A stretch of 64,000 bases of DNA from positions 288,001 through 352,000 of the forward strand of contig BK006943.2 in assembly GCA_000146045.2 (NCBI GenBank). Direction: 5' to 3'. A model generated the notes under the pieces. That model was not told where the DNA came from and did not search any database. It worked only from the letters and a program-made list of their open reading frames with translations. Numbering within the stretch: the stretch's first letter is position 1; each line of letters opens with the position of its first letter. Source of the stretch: TPA_inf: Saccharomyces. Its lineage: Eukaryota. Both the position numbers and the translations under genes were made by a program. Below are positions 61,580-64,000 of the stretch, in pieces.

Positions 61580-64000
61580 TTAGTACTTGTAAGTTGCTGT
61601 TGATTCGTCCCTAGTTATGAATTTGTCTCGTAACAACTTGGCCAAGGCGTCTTTGAACTCACCAACACTAAAGCCTTTTATCTGCTGCTTTACCGTTTCA
61701 AATAAATGGTCGTAGTCTAGCCCATTCCTCTCGCTCTTAACGGATCTAGTTATGCATGCCTTTAGTAATTCTTGGGTCCATTGGGAATTACTTCCTTCGT
61801 GGTGTGCAGAACTGGTTCTTTCACCGCCTGTGTTGCTACTTTGGAGAGACGCGGTTCTCGGTAGAACCACACGTAGTTTCCCATTTTTCACTTTTTTCAT
61901 ATCAGGTTTGAAGCTCTCGTTGATACTGTATGTGTTGTCAATATCTCTTGTCAGAATTTTATAATTGCAGAAGGATTTTAAGACTAGCGCTAAGTCTTTG
62001 TACGCCAGTTTCGTTTGCTCTGATATAACTTGCAAGGTCAAATGATCGCTTTCGTTGAATAAAGTCAGCACACATGTTTGGAAAAGGGTCAATTCAAATA
62101 TTAGGTTAGTTCCATCCTGTATGATATAAGGCGACTCCACTTCGCAGTGGTGCAAGTTCCACATCGGATATAGCTCTTTTTTGGAAGCATCTGAATCTTC
62201 CACTTTATTCTGCTCGTGATAATTACGGAGAAATTGGTTCCACGTATCATCCATCTCTTGAGGTAGGACAAAATTTTTCTTTACTTCGTTGGATTGCTGA
62301 AAAACTTTGGGAATTCTTTCTCTATCAAAGATAAGTGGGAAAAATGACTTGCTGTTGTTTTCATTGTATGTCTTCCCGAACTTCACAGCAGCCTCGATAT
62401 TCTCATAAAACGACAAGAACGATGCATATTTGATTCTCAGATCTGCCATAACCTCTACCGGCTGAAAGAATTGCGATAAATAGGGTTGATATTGATCTCG
62501 GTATCGCATTTCATCCTCTTGTGAGACATTTGTTATGATTCTTTGTTTGAAAAGTTCCATGAGGCTGTCTTTGTAAACAGGTAATATATCCTTAATAAAT
62601 GAGGAATTTTGATCACTTTGTAAGATCGTCTTTCTGAAAATTGATCTTTCGAAAAAATTAGGAAATGTGGGAAGGTTAACGAACTTCAGTCTCAATATAG
62701 GAAGATTTTCGTTGAGATACTTTATTTTCATATCTCTGGGTAGGTCTTTTTTAGTTGTTTTTATCTTTCTGACGATGATGAATAAATGTGACTCAAAATA
62801 TTTGACATACTGTTCTATGGCTTTGCTGGTACTTCCAAGTAAATTACATAAATGGTACTCGATGGAATCGGAGTATATTTTGAGGTGATCTACATTAGCT
62901 AGCTGAACTACCTCATCAAATAGCCTTTCAGTATCATGATTGGATCCATATGCTGCCTTTAACTTTTCTGAAACGGCATCATCACAGAATTCCTTGAATT
63001 TTGACAGCATATTTTTTGCTTCAAAAGCATTTCTAAACATCAATAAGCTAAAGTGTGTCTCAGTTTTGAAATATCTCTCTTTTTCTTCATCATAAGTGTC
63101 CTTCCCAATTTCTATGTATTCGCTAATAGACTTCTTGTTCAACAGTAGATGGCTTATAAATAGGTCATTTGCATCGCTGACCCATTCAGGGGAAAATAAA
63201 GATGCTAATAATGCATTCCTCGTCAATAGTACCTTAAAATTCTTGAAAGTTTCCAGCCTCGGCCTTAAATTTGATTCCTCACAGTAATATTGTCTGAGAG
63301 TTTTCATATAAAAATCTTTGGGGCTCAAGCCCTCTATACTAAAATTGCAGTTAGACATTATACGGAGCATAGGAACTTCCTTCTCTAACATTGTATTCGT
63401 TATTGGAAACATATGAATATAGTGATGAATAGTAGCGCTTACAAGGGTGGAAAATTCCCTTCCAAAATGTGACTTCATACATTCGAAAAGTTTGGAATCA
63501 TAATACTGAAATATCGTTAAGGTCTCAAATCCTAGTTCTTTTCTTATCATGGGATAATTTACCGGCACATACGATATAATAGGACCAACGGCACCCATTA
63601 CGTACTGAAATAGCTTGTAAAAAGAGGTCCAATTTTTGGGTATAATTTCATAAGAATAGTCGCATCTGGTCAAAAAGCTAAGGACGTGCGCGTCAATTAT
63701 TAACTTTGCCAATTCATCACAAAATTCTTGAAAACTCAGCACAATTTGGTGTTGATGTAGCAGCTGAAACTTCTTTTGCTTTTCGTCATTCCCATTAAAT
63801 TCTGAGTTGTAAGGAATGTATGATTTCCTTTGCGTTAATTCACGGCAATTGTTCAACATCTTAGGCATTAGCTTTCTAAATTTAGCGGCCTTTTCTTTAT
63901 TACACTCCAATTCTTTCACGTCAGTTTCAGTTATAGTTTCAGCTAAAGTAAGGTGAAAAAACTCGTGCAGCTCAGCAATCATCGTTCGATACCTGGGATT
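61580..64000 (-). CDS. RTT101: Rtt101, cullin family protein (Cul8). Partial: the N-terminal ~42 codons lie beyond the right window edge.
   Basis: The track ORF is 800 aa from an internal Met at 63982. The frame stays open through position 64000 (..NPRYRTMIAELHEF). The C-terminal cullin-homology/winged-helix region is present. Expected full length is 842 aa. Confidence 0.8.
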   Translation of the reverse strand, partial: NPRYRTMIAELHEFFHLTLAETITETDVKELECNKEKAAKFRKLMPKMLNNCRELTQRKSYIPYNSEFNGNDEKQKKFQLLHQHQIVLSFQEFCDELAKLIIDAHVLSFLTRCDYSYEIIPKNWTSFYKLFQYVMGAVGPIISYVPVNYPMIRKELGFETLTIFQYYDSKLFECMKSHFGREFSTLVSATIHHYIHMFPITNTMLEKEVPMLRIMSNCNFSIEGLSPKDFYMKTLRQYYCEESNLRPRLETFKNFKVLLTRNALLASLFSPEWVSDANDLFISHLLLNKKSISEYIEIGKDTYDEEKERYFKTETHFSLLMFRNAFEAKNMLSKFKEFCDDAVSEKLKAAYGSNHDTERLFDEVVQLANVDHLKIYSDSIEYHLCNLLGSTSKAIEQYVKYFESHLFIIVRKIKTTKKDLPRDMKIKYLNENLPILRLKFVNLPTFPNFFERSIFRKTILQSDQNSSFIKDILPVYKDSLMELFKQRIITNVSQEDEMRYRDQYQPYLSQFFQPVEVMADLRIKYASFLSFYENIEAAVKFGKTYNENNSKSFFPLIFDRERIPKVFQQSNEVKKNFVLPQEMDDTWNQFLRNYHEQNKVEDSDASKKELYPMWNLHHCEVESPYIIQDGTNLIFELTLFQTCVLTLFNESDHLTLQVISEQTKLAYKDLALVLKSFCNYKILTRDIDNTYSINESFKPDMKKVKNGKLRVVLPRTASLQSSNTGGERTSSAHHEGSNSQWTQELLKACITRSVKSERNGLDYDHLFETVKQQIKGFSVGEFKDALAKLLRDKFITRDESTATYKY

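Overview
The window is Saccharomyces cerevisiae nuclear DNA from the left arm of chromosome X, running from the 5' end of SCP160 (YJL080C) to the 5' part of RTT101 (YJL047C). I identify it by protein content and the conserved order of about 31 genes. From memory it corresponds to roughly chrX 288,001-352,000 of S288C; this mapping is unverified. It is compact yeast gene space: 29 complete and 2 edge-truncated protein-coding genes on both strands, and one C/D-box snoRNA between UBX6 and RTT101 that is probably snR60. I found no tRNA, Ty/LTR or CRISPR, and no introns are evident. In order the genes are: SCP160 (partial), PRY1, PRY3, ICS3, NET1, SMC3, JEM1, PSF2, ARG2, YJL070C, UTP18, YJL068C, MPM1, DLS1, MRPL8, COA3, LAS21, NUP82, BNA3, YHC3, BIT61, IKS1, ZAP1, YJL055W, TIM54, PEP8, TDH1, IRC8, MTR4, CHM7, UBX6, snoRNA, RTT101 (partial). 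Several ORFs in the supplied track start upstream of the most likely initiator Met (NET1, JEM1, MPM1, BNA3, IRC8, ICS3); I have trimmed these. Many long ORFs antisense to real genes (TDH1, PRY3, SMC3, NET1, ZAP1) are composition artefacts. I see no evidence of a novel or undescribed system; this is ordinary, well-ordered housekeeping chromatin. The features worth a second look are the tandem CAP-domain paralogs PRY1 and PRY3 with opposite domain order and repeat-encoding low-complexity DNA, a ZRE-like element in the ZAP1 promoter, a perfect ARS consensus match upstream of TDH1, homopolymer and microsatellite tracts, the snoRNA locus, CAA/CAG (poly-Gln) repeats in JEM1 and DLS1, and the very short convergent gap between YHC3 and BIT61.
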